From the IMG/VR virus record IMGVR_UViG_2740892423_000023, positions 1 to 34,951 of that record: DNA of 34,951 nt, one strand, 5' to 3'. Both the position numbers and the translations under genes were made by a program. Positions 17,710-25,095 of this stretch are shown in pieces; position 1 is the stretch's first letter; every line of letters starts with the position of its first letter. This DNA is from a virus. Its lineage: Duplodnaviria; Heunggongvirae; Uroviricota; Caudoviricetes. The notes beneath the pieces are model-generated. The model saw only the letters and a program-made list of their open reading frames with translations. It did no database searches and was not told the origin of the DNA.

Positions 17710-19297
17710 TCAGTCGCCCCCAGATATCCGCCACAAAAAATGCCTGTGTCAGCAACTGCCGCAGCGTGTCATCCGGCAGTTCCGGCCACGCTTCCGCCAG
17801 TACATTCATGGCCTCGTCTGCATCCCGGCCTTCCTGTATGGCCTGCACCAGCGGGGCCACCAGTTCGTTCATCCTCTGCGCGATGGCCTCTGCCGGAAGC
17901 TCTGCCCGGTCGATGGCGTTCTGTGCCGGGTCGTCCTCTCCGTTGTCCTGCTGACTGAGTGCAGCAACATTCAGCCGCTCACGCAGCTGGTTGAGGCCCG
18001 CCTGCACAGGGAGACGCTGTGCCACCGGCACCAGTACCTCTTCGCCGTCTTTCGGGGTGGGGATGCCGGTTTTTTTGCGCACCCACGACGCCGGGATATC
18101 CTTCATTCCCACATTGTTGAGCAACACGCTGACGGCTTCTGCCACACCCTTAATGTCGGCTTCCTGCTGCACATCAAACACCAGTCGCGGCAGACGGCGT
18201 GGCGGGATATCCTGCCAGCCGTTGAGGCTGGCCATCATCTGTATCAGGCTGCTGAACATGCCGGACAGCTGGCGTGCATCGGCGGCCAGAATGTCGTGCC
18301 GGACCTCGTTATGCACATTACCCAGCGCGTTGGTGGAGGTTTTACCGTCAGCCTGGCTGGTCAGCGTACTGCCCAGAATCACTTTTGAGGTGGTACGCTC
18401 CGCCCATTCCACCATCGACATGAACGCCTCCGGCCCGCCGGACGCGGCTTCCTTGAACTCGATTTCGTTACCCTGCGGCAGTGCGGCCACCGCTTCATGG
18501 CCCAGATTGACCAGGGCTTCGAGAATGTTGTCCCGGTCCTCGTCACTGGTGCCCTGTGCATAGTAAGCAATGCGCGCCGGAAGGCCGTAAATCTCCAGAA
18601 ATTCTGCCATATCACGCAGCGCAAAGTTTTTGAACAGATACGGCCAGACCAGTACGCGGAACAGGCCGGATGAACCCAGGAACCCCGACCGGGCGTTGTA
18701 ACGGTGAACCAGCCAGCCGAACGGCCACAGCGCGGAACCGTCTTTACCATCTTCCCCACGATTGCCGTCATCCAGCCGGAGTTCGTCATTGTGCTCCGGC
18801 AGGGTAATGAACCAGTTATGCGGGCGCAGCGTCACCGCATCCGGTAACCACGTTTTATCCACGAACGCCCAGCTGATTTCCTGACAGCTGAAGCCATAAC
18901 CGACACTGCTCATCCCGTTGAGGATGATGTCCTCCATGTCCGGGATGCCGTGCAGCCACTCATCCACGGCGGCGGCCAGCTCCTTTTCTGCCTTCGAGGC
19001 ATTGCGGGGCGGCTCCACCGACCAGTCCAGCGTCAGCAACGCTTTTTTGCGCTTTTCCATCTCGGCGAACAGATGGCCATCACGTTCTTCCATATCCGCA
19101 AACAGCATCGCCTGCGCCGGAAGATAACCGCGTTCGGCAGCTTCCAGAATGCGCGGCAGTTTTCTGATGTTCAGACCACGGGACGGGTGGTCGGGATAAA
19201 TGCGCAGCCGTTCCGCCACTCGGACCGACTGCGTGGTTTTGAGTGCCTCACGTTTCAGCGGGCGTCCGTAAATATCAACAAGCTGTGCCATTACCAT
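17696..19297 (-). CDS. Portal protein (Mu gp29-like, DUF935-like)
   Basis: 533-aa ORF MVMAQLVDIYGRPLKRE after large terminase. Confidence 0.8.
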   Translation of the reverse strand: MVMAQLVDIYGRPLKREALKTTQSVRVAERLRIYPDHPSRGLNIRKLPRILEAAERGYLPAQAMLFADMEERDGHLFAEMEKRKKALLTLDWSVEPPRNASKAEKELAAAVDEWLHGIPDMEDIILNGMSSVGYGFSCQEISWAFVDKTWLPDAVTLRPHNWFITLPEHNDELRLDDGNRGEDGKDGSALWPFGWLVHRYNARSGFLGSSGLFRVLVWPYLFKNFALRDMAEFLEIYGLPARIAYYAQGTSDEDRDNILEALVNLGHEAVAALPQGNEIEFKEAASGGPEAFMSMVEWAERTTSKVILGSTLTSQADGKTSTNALGNVHNEVRHDILAADARQLSGMFSSLIQMMASLNGWQDIPPRRLPRLVFDVQQEADIKGVAEAVSVLLNNVGMKDIPASWVRKKTGIPTPKDGEEVLVPVAQRLPVQAGLNQLRERLNVAALSQQDNGEDDPAQNAIDRAELPAEAIAQRMNELVAPLVQAIQEGRDADEAMNVLAEAWPELPDDTLRQLLTQAFFVADIWGRLNADS

Positions 19298-20949
19298 CCT
19301 CCTGAACCAAAACGCCCGTCACGGTCACGCCCGGTGCTGCGTGGGGTGTGAATCTGAAATTTTGCGCTGCGCGATACCGCCAGCGTCCACAGCATGTGCA
19401 GACAGTCCGGGCCATCATCGTGGTCGGCTTTGGGGTAGTGGCGCAGCTGGTCAATCAGCGTCTGATGTGTGTGACTGATACGAATCAGGCCGTTGGCCAT
19501 ATGCGGCTGAAGGGATTCGATACGCAGTGCCTTATCCTCCAGCGGGATGACCGGCAGCGCCGGAACCGGCACGCCCAGCGCCGCCGAACGCTCAACCAGC
19601 ACGGTACGCAGAAACTCCTGAAACTGGACGGACTCAAACGACCAGCACAGACAGTGATATTCCCGCTGATACTTAATCACGTCTTCGATAAGTTTGTTTG
19701 GCAGACGTCGGCGGATATCGGCTTCAACCACATCCAGAATGCCGGTAAAGCGGTTAAAGCCCCCCACGAGAATGGCCGACGGGTCGCGGTTTTTGTTTTT
19801 CTTCCCGAGGCTGGGGTCAACAGCGCCGTAGAATACCCATTCATCAAGACGGTTAACCCAGAATTTAATGCAGCCCGCAAACAGCGCGTCTTCACCGCTG
19901 ACCGGGTCGTTCTGGTATTCAGAATCAAAGGTGTCATGACCGTCACGGACACGGATTTTCATCAGCGCCAGCAGGGGACGCGCCGCCCATGACACCACTG
20001 ACCCGGCGAGCATGTCGGCTTCGTTCTGCCGGTAAAGTGCCTCCGCCGCTTCCGGCTGTTTATTGCGGATGAGTTCTTCCCACTCGTCCCACAGCTTCAT
20101 GTTGGCAGGCCACTGAATAACAGCCTTAAAGCGGGCCGTTTTCCACATCGGGTTATTGAGTGTGCGCGACAGCACGGAGTCGTAATGCAGGATGGTTCCG
20201 ATATAAATAATATCGGTTTTACCGCCAGCCTCGCCCAGCGGCATCACAGTTTTGGTGAGCCAGTCATGCAGCTTGTCGCGCTGCTCCGGGTTACGCACCA
20301 TCTCGTCGTTCTCGATGTCGTCGAGGATGACCAGGTCAGGACGGTACGGACCGTGGCGCAGACCACGCAGTTTTTTACCACTACCGGCAACGGTCACCTT
20401 GATATTGTTGGCCGTGACGATGGTCCCCATACGCCAGACGCGCCCCTGTCCGCACACCTCCGGGAAATCGTTTTTTAAACGGGGGTTAAATTCCAGTTCA
20501 GCCTTGATGGCTTCCAGCATCGGATAAGCCTGGTCGATACTGTCCATAATGATGACCGGGTAATGCTTAATGGCCCGGATAATGGTCCACAGGGTAAACA
20601 GCTGAGTCACCAGCGTGGATTTTGCTTCACCACGGGGCGCGGCGATGGCGTCGTTCTCCGGGGCCGGGCTTGCCACAACCTGTGGCAGACGGCTGAACAG
20701 GTATTTATGCAGCTCGCTTTTTGCCGGGTTGCGGACGTAATGCGGGAAATAGTTTTCGACAAAATAATCGTAGCCCGTCACCGGGTCGCAGACTGCCGCC
20801 CGGCGGGCCTGTGTGGCCTGCGGGTTAACATCGAACCCCAGACATTCAGCCTCGATGGTCTGGCGGAGGTTGGCGATGTATTCCTGTAAGCTTCTCTGAA
20901 ACTCTTTAATGGAAAGTTTACGTTTTGCCACGTCACACCTGGTATACAA
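19291..20949 (-). CDS. Terminase large subunit
   Basis: 552-aa ORF; deviant Walker A (AAPRGEAKST), Walker B-like LVILDDIENDE; start is TTG 20949 or GTG 20931 (AGGTG RBS). Confidence 0.8.
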   Translation of the reverse strand: MYTRCDVAKRKLSIKEFQRSLQEYIANLRQTIEAECLGFDVNPQATQARRAAVCDPVTGYDYFVENYFPHYVRNPAKSELHKYLFSRLPQVVASPAPENDAIAAPRGEAKSTLVTQLFTLWTIIRAIKHYPVIIMDSIDQAYPMLEAIKAELEFNPRLKNDFPEVCGQGRVWRMGTIVTANNIKVTVAGSGKKLRGLRHGPYRPDLVILDDIENDEMVRNPEQRDKLHDWLTKTVMPLGEAGGKTDIIYIGTILHYDSVLSRTLNNPMWKTARFKAVIQWPANMKLWDEWEELIRNKQPEAAEALYRQNEADMLAGSVVSWAARPLLALMKIRVRDGHDTFDSEYQNDPVSGEDALFAGCIKFWVNRLDEWVFYGAVDPSLGKKNKNRDPSAILVGGFNRFTGILDVVEADIRRRLPNKLIEDVIKYQREYHCLCWSFESVQFQEFLRTVLVERSAALGVPVPALPVIPLEDKALRIESLQPHMANGLIRISHTHQTLIDQLRHYPKADHDDGPDCLHMLWTLAVSRSAKFQIHTPRSTGRDRDGRFGSGGW

Positions 20950-20958
20950 ATATCAGAC

Positions 20959-20976
20959 GGCCCGGAAAACCGGGCC
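20959..20976 (-). other. Perfect stem-loop between terminase small and large subunit genes
   Basis: GGCCCGG-AAAA-CCGGGCC, 7-bp GC stem, 6 nt after terS stop. Confidence 0.5.
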
Positions 20977-20983
20977 GCTGTGG

Positions 20984-21484
20984 TTAACTGAAATTATCCT
21001 CAAGCTCTTTAGCGAAGCCTTCGAGCACCTCAAGAAACGGGGCATACTGTGCCGGGTGACGCTCCTTGATGAACGCGCCGAGCCGCTGCACCACTTCCAG
21101 TGCCGTGGCGAGCCGGTCGGTTTCCGGCAGGATTTTTTTACTGCTGGCCACCGCCTTACTGAGACTGTCAGACAGACTCGCCAGCAGTTCGACGGACTCC
21201 TGCGGCGGGATGTCCGGGTTCTGGTTCAGCCGTTCAAGCGTCGTCTGACACTTCACCACCAGACTGATAAGCACGGTGCGGGCGACACTTTCCAGCCCGT
21301 CACCGGCGAGCGCGTGAGCGGCACGCAGCTTGTCCCAGTCGTCGCCGTTCTTCATCGCCTGCGTTTTCCAGCGCCGCGCGGTGTCGTGCGGCACGGCGTA
21401 CTTCATGGCGACGATATCCAGCGGAAGCTGGTCAAAGATGTACCCGTTACGGACTTTGTCCCTGATATCCTGTGACCACGCCAT
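20984..21484 (-). CDS. Terminase small subunit-like protein (Mu gp27-like, DUF1804-like)
   Basis: 166-aa ORF MAWSQDIRDKVRNGYIFDQLPLD with AAGGA RBS, immediately upstream of large terminase. Confidence 0.6.
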   Translation of the reverse strand: MAWSQDIRDKVRNGYIFDQLPLDIVAMKYAVPHDTARRWKTQAMKNGDDWDKLRAAHALAGDGLESVARTVLISLVVKCQTTLERLNQNPDIPPQESVELLASLSDSLSKAVASSKKILPETDRLATALEVVQRLGAFIKERHPAQYAPFLEVLEGFAKELEDNFS

Positions 21485-21690
21485 TAAGTGTCCTTCTGAG
21501 CCTGTTCAATCAGGCATTTAACTTCGTCAGGATTTTCAAGAACATACACGTTTTTCCCGGTATCCAGTTCAATGACCGTGCCACCATATGCACCGCACTG
21601 ACGGTAAAAATGGGTGATGCGTTCAGCGAGCACCATGACAGCGCCAGCACCTCCTGAACCTGTGTATTCCGTAAATCTGATAATGCTCAC
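21484..21690 (-). CDS. Small hypothetical protein (start uncertain: GTG 21690 or ATG about 21633)
   Basis: ORF 21484-21771 overlaps the lipoprotein gene; likely internal start. Confidence 0.35.
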   Translation of the reverse strand: MSIIRFTEYTGSGGAGAVMVLAERITHFYRQCGAYGGTVIELDTGKNVYVLENPDEVKCLIEQAQKDT

Positions 21691-21709
21691 TGTGTCAGAC
21701 CTTAAAAAA

Positions 21710-21892
21710 TCAGCTCTGTGAACACTGCCGGATGCCGTCAATAATCCGGCAGACCTGCGCCGCCGCGTCAAACAGCTGGCCCGCCCTGTTAATGTCTGTG
21801 CATCCCACCGGAAGCAACATCATCAGAAACAGGGCCAGAACACAGCGCGCGGCTTTACGTGGCGTTCTGTGGGTCCAGTGACTTCTGTTCAT
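21710..21892 (-). CDS. Small predicted lipoprotein (possible o-spanin-like lysis protein)
   Basis: 60 aa: basic N-region, hydrophobic CVLALFLMMLLPVG followed by Cys (lipobox-like), directly after endolysin. Confidence 0.45.
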   Translation of the reverse strand: MNRSHWTHRTPRKAARCVLALFLMMLLPVGCTDINRAGQLFDAAAQVCRIIDGIRQCSQS

Positions 21893-21905
21893 AACCCGTC
21901 CCGCA

Positions 21906-22283
21906 TCAGCGTTTTAACTGGAAATGAGGCCCGTCTTTCAGCGTTTTCCAGTCTCCGCCCCATTCGATGGCGACACCCAGCTCTGCGGCAGCCTGTTTAA
22001 AGGCACGGGCGATTTTTTCGTATAACGGCCAGTCCCATGAAATGGTGCTACCAACGTAAGCCACGACATCAACGGCATCGCCAGTAAGGTGACGGCTGTT
22101 CATGGTCTGGCTCTTGCCTTCAGCGACAAGTTGTTTCTGACGTTCTTTCGTGCGTAAACCTTCGGTAATACCAAAATCGACGTCCGACAACGCCAGCGCA
22201 CGGCGTACAACCGCCACCAGTTGTGGCTTTACGCCAGCCAGATTTTTCTCGCTACGTTGACTGAAACGGAATTTTTCCGACAT
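21906..22283 (-). CDS. Endolysin, peptidase M15-like (L-alanyl-D-glutamate peptidase type)
   Basis: ORF 21906-22334; start refined to ATG 22283 (MSEKFRFSQRS) with GGAGGT RBS; SRHLTGDAVDV and WGGDW...DGPHF motifs. Confidence 0.75.
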   Translation of the reverse strand: MSEKFRFSQRSEKNLAGVKPQLVAVVRRALALSDVDFGITEGLRTKERQKQLVAEGKSQTMNSRHLTGDAVDVVAYVGSTISWDWPLYEKIARAFKQAAAELGVAIEWGGDWKTLKDGPHFQLKR

Positions 22284-22285
22284 AT

Positions 22286-22564
22286 TTACCTCCGCAGTAA
22301 CGAAAGGATTTTTGACAAATTCCCGTGCGCCCACACGATAAGCGCACAGAAAACCAGATTCAGCGCCACAACCAGCCAGCTGGAGTGCGTGTATGTACCG
22401 GACAGCCAGCGGAACGGGATGATGATGTAGCCGAGCATCAGCCAGTACGCCAGCCAGGTAATCATCGGCTTATGCGCCGCACCGTGGCGACGATACACAA
22501 ACAACCCCAGCACAATGGCGAGACACAGCCAGACGTTCACGATACCGGCAAGGCTACTTTCCAT
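22286..22564 (-). CDS. Holin-like membrane protein (3 predicted TM helices)
   Basis: ORF 22286-22570; ATG 22564 with GGAGGGGG RBS; three hydrophobic segments and basic C-terminus; precedes endolysin. Confidence 0.5.
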   Translation of the reverse strand: MESSLAGIVNVWLCLAIVLGLFVYRRHGAAHKPMITWLAYWLMLGYIIIPFRWLSGTYTHSSWLVVALNLVFCALIVWAHGNLSKILSLLRR

Positions 22565-22946
22565 TTCCACCCCCTCCGCCGCGCAGTCTGGAAAACAGGC
22601 CGAACAGCGATGAAATTTCCTGTTGATAAAGAAAGGTCAGTATCTTGATGGATAACGCCGAGACACCGACCGCACACAATGCATCGAGCGGCTTGTCGTT
22701 GTAGTGGGTCAGCCACTGCATCAGTGACGCAGCCACGCCAGCCCCCAGAACGCCAACCACAAACGCGACGAGCAGGTGGATGGCCATTCGCCAGACCGGG
22801 ATTTCTTTCTGTTGCGTGACAACAAAAAGCGCCCCGGCAAACGCGCCCACCACGACCCCGAAATCGGTATTGGTGAGAAGACCAAACACACTGGCACCAC
22901 CGATGGTGACTGCCACAGCTCCGCCGCCTGATAAGGGTTCAGACAT
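22554..22946 (-). CDS. Membrane protein (about 4 TM helices), possible holin/antiholin
   Basis: ORF 22554-23006; ATG 22946 (MSEPLSGGG) with AGGAG RBS; Gly/Ala/Val-rich hydrophobic segments. Confidence 0.45.
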   Translation of the reverse strand: MSEPLSGGGAVAVTIGGASVFGLLTNTDFGVVVGAFAGALFVVTQQKEIPVWRMAIHLLVAFVVGVLGAGVAASLMQWLTHYNDKPLDALCAVGVSALSIKILTFLYQQEISSLFGLFSRLRGGGGGNGK

Positions 22947-23081
22947 GAGTTTCTCCTGTAAATCTGAGCCACTGACGGCCCGTAAATAACACCCTGTCAA
23001 AGGCACAAAAGCCTTTTGCAGGGCGCTATCCCTTAAGGTGCCTTGTGGTCTGAGTGGACAGGGTAAACGGTCTGGTGTGGT

Positions 23082-23108
23082 GGGTACTGCTGGGGGTGTT
23101 CAGCACCC
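23082..23108 (-). promoter_or_regulatory. Conserved 27-bp late-region motif upstream of lysis genes
   Basis: Minus-strand GGGTGCTGAACACCCCCAGCAGTACCC; 23 of 27 positions identical to the site upstream of I. Confidence 0.45.
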
Positions 23109-23133
23109 CCGGCAGGTTGATTAGCTGGATGGG

Positions 23134-23421
23134 TTAAAGGGAAGCGAGTTTTAATGGTGGCTTATAACACGCCTGCGCAAGCAGGTTAGCTCTTTCCACG
23201 GCTTTACGCATTTCCCGTTCTGCGTCCAGCATCCTGTTTACGGCTGACAGCACTTCATTATGATTCGTTTCTGACTCCGGCCTTTGGGCCTGTCTCGCCA
23301 GATAACTGGATAAATTACATATCTCAGCATGTCGGCGACGGGCTGCATCCCGGGCCTTGTCTGAAAATGCGGTATATTCACCGAGTGCTGCGTAGTCGAT
23401 ATTGGTGTCAGAACTCATCAT
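23134..23421 (-). CDS. Hypothetical protein (95 aa)
   Basis: ORF with AAGGAGA RBS immediately after the mor terminator; no family recognised. Confidence 0.5.
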   Translation of the reverse strand: MMSSDTNIDYAALGEYTAFSDKARDAARRRHAEICNLSSYLARQAQRPESETNHNEVLSAVNRMLDAEREMRKAVERANLLAQACYKPPLKLASL

Positions 23422-23448
23422 TTCGTGTCTCCTTTTTTCTGAGTCTCA

Positions 23449-23916
23449 TTAATCAAAAAGCCCCACCTGGGTGGGGCTTTTCAGCGAAGTCTGTTTTTGT
23501 CGTCGGTGTATCAGTTGCCATGCGTACCGGTCTGAAATGCCGTAACGGGGACAGAGCAGTGCCAGCGCCTGCCGGTGTGAGCATCCGCCTTTTACATGCT
23601 GCTGTAAATCAGCCATAAAACGGGTGTTACGCAAGGCACGTAACGCATGATCGCAACGGGGAATGTAAAACGGTGCGCCGCCAAGAAAACGGATCAGTTT
23701 GTTGATTTCGTCTTCGGTCAGCACGTCATGTAACAGGGCATGGACACCGCCGGTTCGTTCGGCGTGTGCGCCGGTTTTACCGCTTAACGTCACGCCACCA
23801 AAAGAACGGATTAACCGGGTCAGGGCGGGGAAGCCAATCACGCTAATCAGTTGCTGCACGGAATCAGGCAACAGTGCCTGCGCATCGCGAAGATCTGTTT
23901 CACTGAAGGTCTGCAT
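23449..23916 (-). CDS. Mor/C-family transcriptional activator (only copy in window)
   Basis: 155-aa ORF with GGAGA RBS; C-terminal region ...FYIPRCDHALRALRN...RYGISDRYAWQLIHRR resembles the Mor/C DNA-binding region. Confidence 0.75.
   Translation of the reverse strand: MQTFSETDLRDAQALLPDSVQQLISVIGFPALTRLIRSFGGVTLSGKTGAHAERTGGVHALLHDVLTEDEINKLIRFLGGAPFYIPRCDHALRALRNTRFMADLQQHVKGGCSHRQALALLCPRYGISDRYAWQLIHRRQKQTSLKSPTQVGLFD
23455..23482 (-). terminator. Intrinsic terminator, bidirectional-type, overlapping last codons of the Mor/C gene
   Basis: AAAAAGCCCCACC-TG-GGTGGGGCTTTT; minus-strand hairpin followed by UUUUUGAUUAA; Mor stop at 23449. Confidence 0.7.
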
Positions 23917-23945
23917 GATGGCGTCTCCGGTAGTAACTTACTGTT

Positions 23946-23951
23946 ATTATA
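23946..23951 (-). promoter_or_regulatory. Consensus -10 hexamer (TATAAT on minus strand) upstream of the Mor/C gene
   Basis: Minus-strand GGCTATAATAACAG about 30 nt upstream of ATG 23916; weak -35 (TGTACA) 16-17 bp upstream. Confidence 0.4.
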
Positions 23952-23979
23952 GCCATACATGATCGCCTGTACAGACCAC

Positions 23980-24005
23980 AAAAAAGCCCCTGCAAGGCAG
24001 GGGCT
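23980..24005 (-). terminator. Intrinsic terminator between GemA and Mor/C genes
   Basis: Minus-strand AGCCCCUG-CCUUG-CAGGGGCU (8-bp stem) followed by UUUUUUGUGG. Confidence 0.65.
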
Positions 24006-24011
24006 GATTCT

Positions 24012-24434
24012 TTATTGTTTATGTGCTGCTCTGGCTCGTTTTCTGGCGTCTTTTGTCAGCGCCACCATCACCCCGAAAAGCTGTTCATCCGTCAGCCATT
24101 CGATCACATGTTGCTTATACATGTGAGATGCCAGTCCTTCTGCATACGCCCAGGAACGACCGGCATCAGCCAGCAACGCTTCAATTTTGGATAATACCGA
24201 TTTTCTGCTCATTGCAACACGGGGGCGGCGACCTTTACCGACGGGCGCTTTGCGCGGGAATCCCTGTTCGTGCATATATTCCCGGATGATGCGCAGTTCA
24301 TCGAGGTTGCAGCGTGTGGTGCTGGTTTTACCGGTCAGGCGGGCCAGCGTCTGGCGATAAAGGGCATCATCCCACCCCAGATACGCCTGACCGGCTTTAA
24401 TGGCTCCGATCATCTTTTTCAGCATGTTTGTTAT
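24012..24434 (-). CDS. gemA: GemA-like regulatory protein (DUF1018-like)
   Basis: ORF 24012-24551; start refined to ATG 24434 (MLKKMIGAIKAGQAYLGWDDALYRQTLARLTGK), characteristic N-terminal pattern; position before Mor. Confidence 0.65.
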   Translation of the reverse strand: MTNMLKKMIGAIKAGQAYLGWDDALYRQTLARLTGKTSTTRCNLDELRIIREYMHEQGFPRKAPVGKGRRPRVAMSRKSVLSKIEALLADAGRSWAYAEGLASHMYKQHVIEWLTDEQLFGVMVALTKDARKRARAAHKQ

Positions 24435-24675
24435 CCTCAAAACGCACGGTAAAACGTGAAACACCAATCCCTGACAGAAACGCGGCGGCACGGTCAAGAG
24501 ACAGCCACGTCTTGTAATCGCCACGGCGTTCCTGTAGAAAATAGGACACACCAGCGCGGCGATTCACAGCGAATAGATGATACACACCACCGAACCGCTG
24601 CACGACGAACTCATCCACGCCACCGCTTTCAGCCTGTTGCCGGAAGGCTGCCATTCCGATTTGTTCAATCTTCAT
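24397..24675 (-). CDS. Hypothetical protein (92 aa), possible DNA-binding protein
   Basis: ORF 24397-24711; ATG 24675 (MKIEQIGMAAFRQQ); no SD; preceded by palindromic hairpins. Confidence 0.45.
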   Translation of the reverse strand: MKIEQIGMAAFRQQAESGGVDEFVVQRFGGVYHLFAVNRRAGVSYFLQERRGDYKTWLSLDRAAAFLSGIGVSRFTVRFEDNKHAEKDDRSH

Positions 24676-24698
24676 AATGACCAAAACACTACTTTTGG

Positions 24699-24724
24699 CA
24701 GACCAAAACATATGTTTTGGTCTG
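24699..24724 (-). promoter_or_regulatory. 26-bp perfect palindrome upstream of the 92-aa gene
   Basis: CAGACCAAAACATATGTTTTGGTCTG; a second related inverted repeat CCAAAAC-N5-TTTTGG at 24681-24698 abuts the start codon. Confidence 0.55.
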
Positions 24725-24742
24725 TTATTGGTTATTATTTAA

Positions 24743-24925
24743 TTACTTTGCGTTAGTGTGATTCTTCCAGCGGTTTTGCGCCGCGCTGGGCTTTTTGCAA
24801 CAGCTGTGCCCCATCACCCCGCAACACCCCGTCAACCTCACTCGTCTGTTACTAATCCTCAACCATCGCCAGATCCCAACACCGTTTCTGCGAGCTAACA
24901 GAATTTTTGCCTTACGATTTTTCAT
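24743..24925 (-). CDS. Small basic Cys-rich ORF (60 aa), hypothetical
   Basis: AGGAGAG RBS 7 nt before ATG; ATGA overlap with preceding small ORF; composition atypical. Confidence 0.25.
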   Translation of the reverse strand: MKNRKAKILLARRNGVGIWRWLRISNRRVRLTGCCGVMGHSCCKKPSAAQNRWKNHTNAK

Positions 24926-25095
24926 CGTTTTGCTCTCCTGCGTTTCTTTGCTGCTCGTCTCGCCGCCGCAATGCCTGTACGGCGTTTCGGTGCCGGGATG
25001 ATGCTGTCAGCCATCAGGACATGCGGCTTTGCAATTAGCGCAGAAGCCCAAAATCGAGTCGGATACGGTAACAAGCCGATACATGCCACACGCAT
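24922..25095 (-). CDS. Small basic ORF (about 57 aa), hypothetical
   Basis: Hand translation MRVACIGLLPYPTRFW...RRAAKKRRRAKR; GGAGGTGA SD formed by last codons of upstream gene; TAATG start overlap. Confidence 0.25.
   Translation of the reverse strand: MRVACIGLLPYPTRFWASALIAKPHVLMADSIIPAPKRRTGIAAARRAAKKRRRAKR

Noticed and set aside
17342-18388. 348-aa plus-strand ORF
   Set aside because: Antisense to the F and portal genes; Ser/Arg/Cys/His-rich product with no protein-like pattern.
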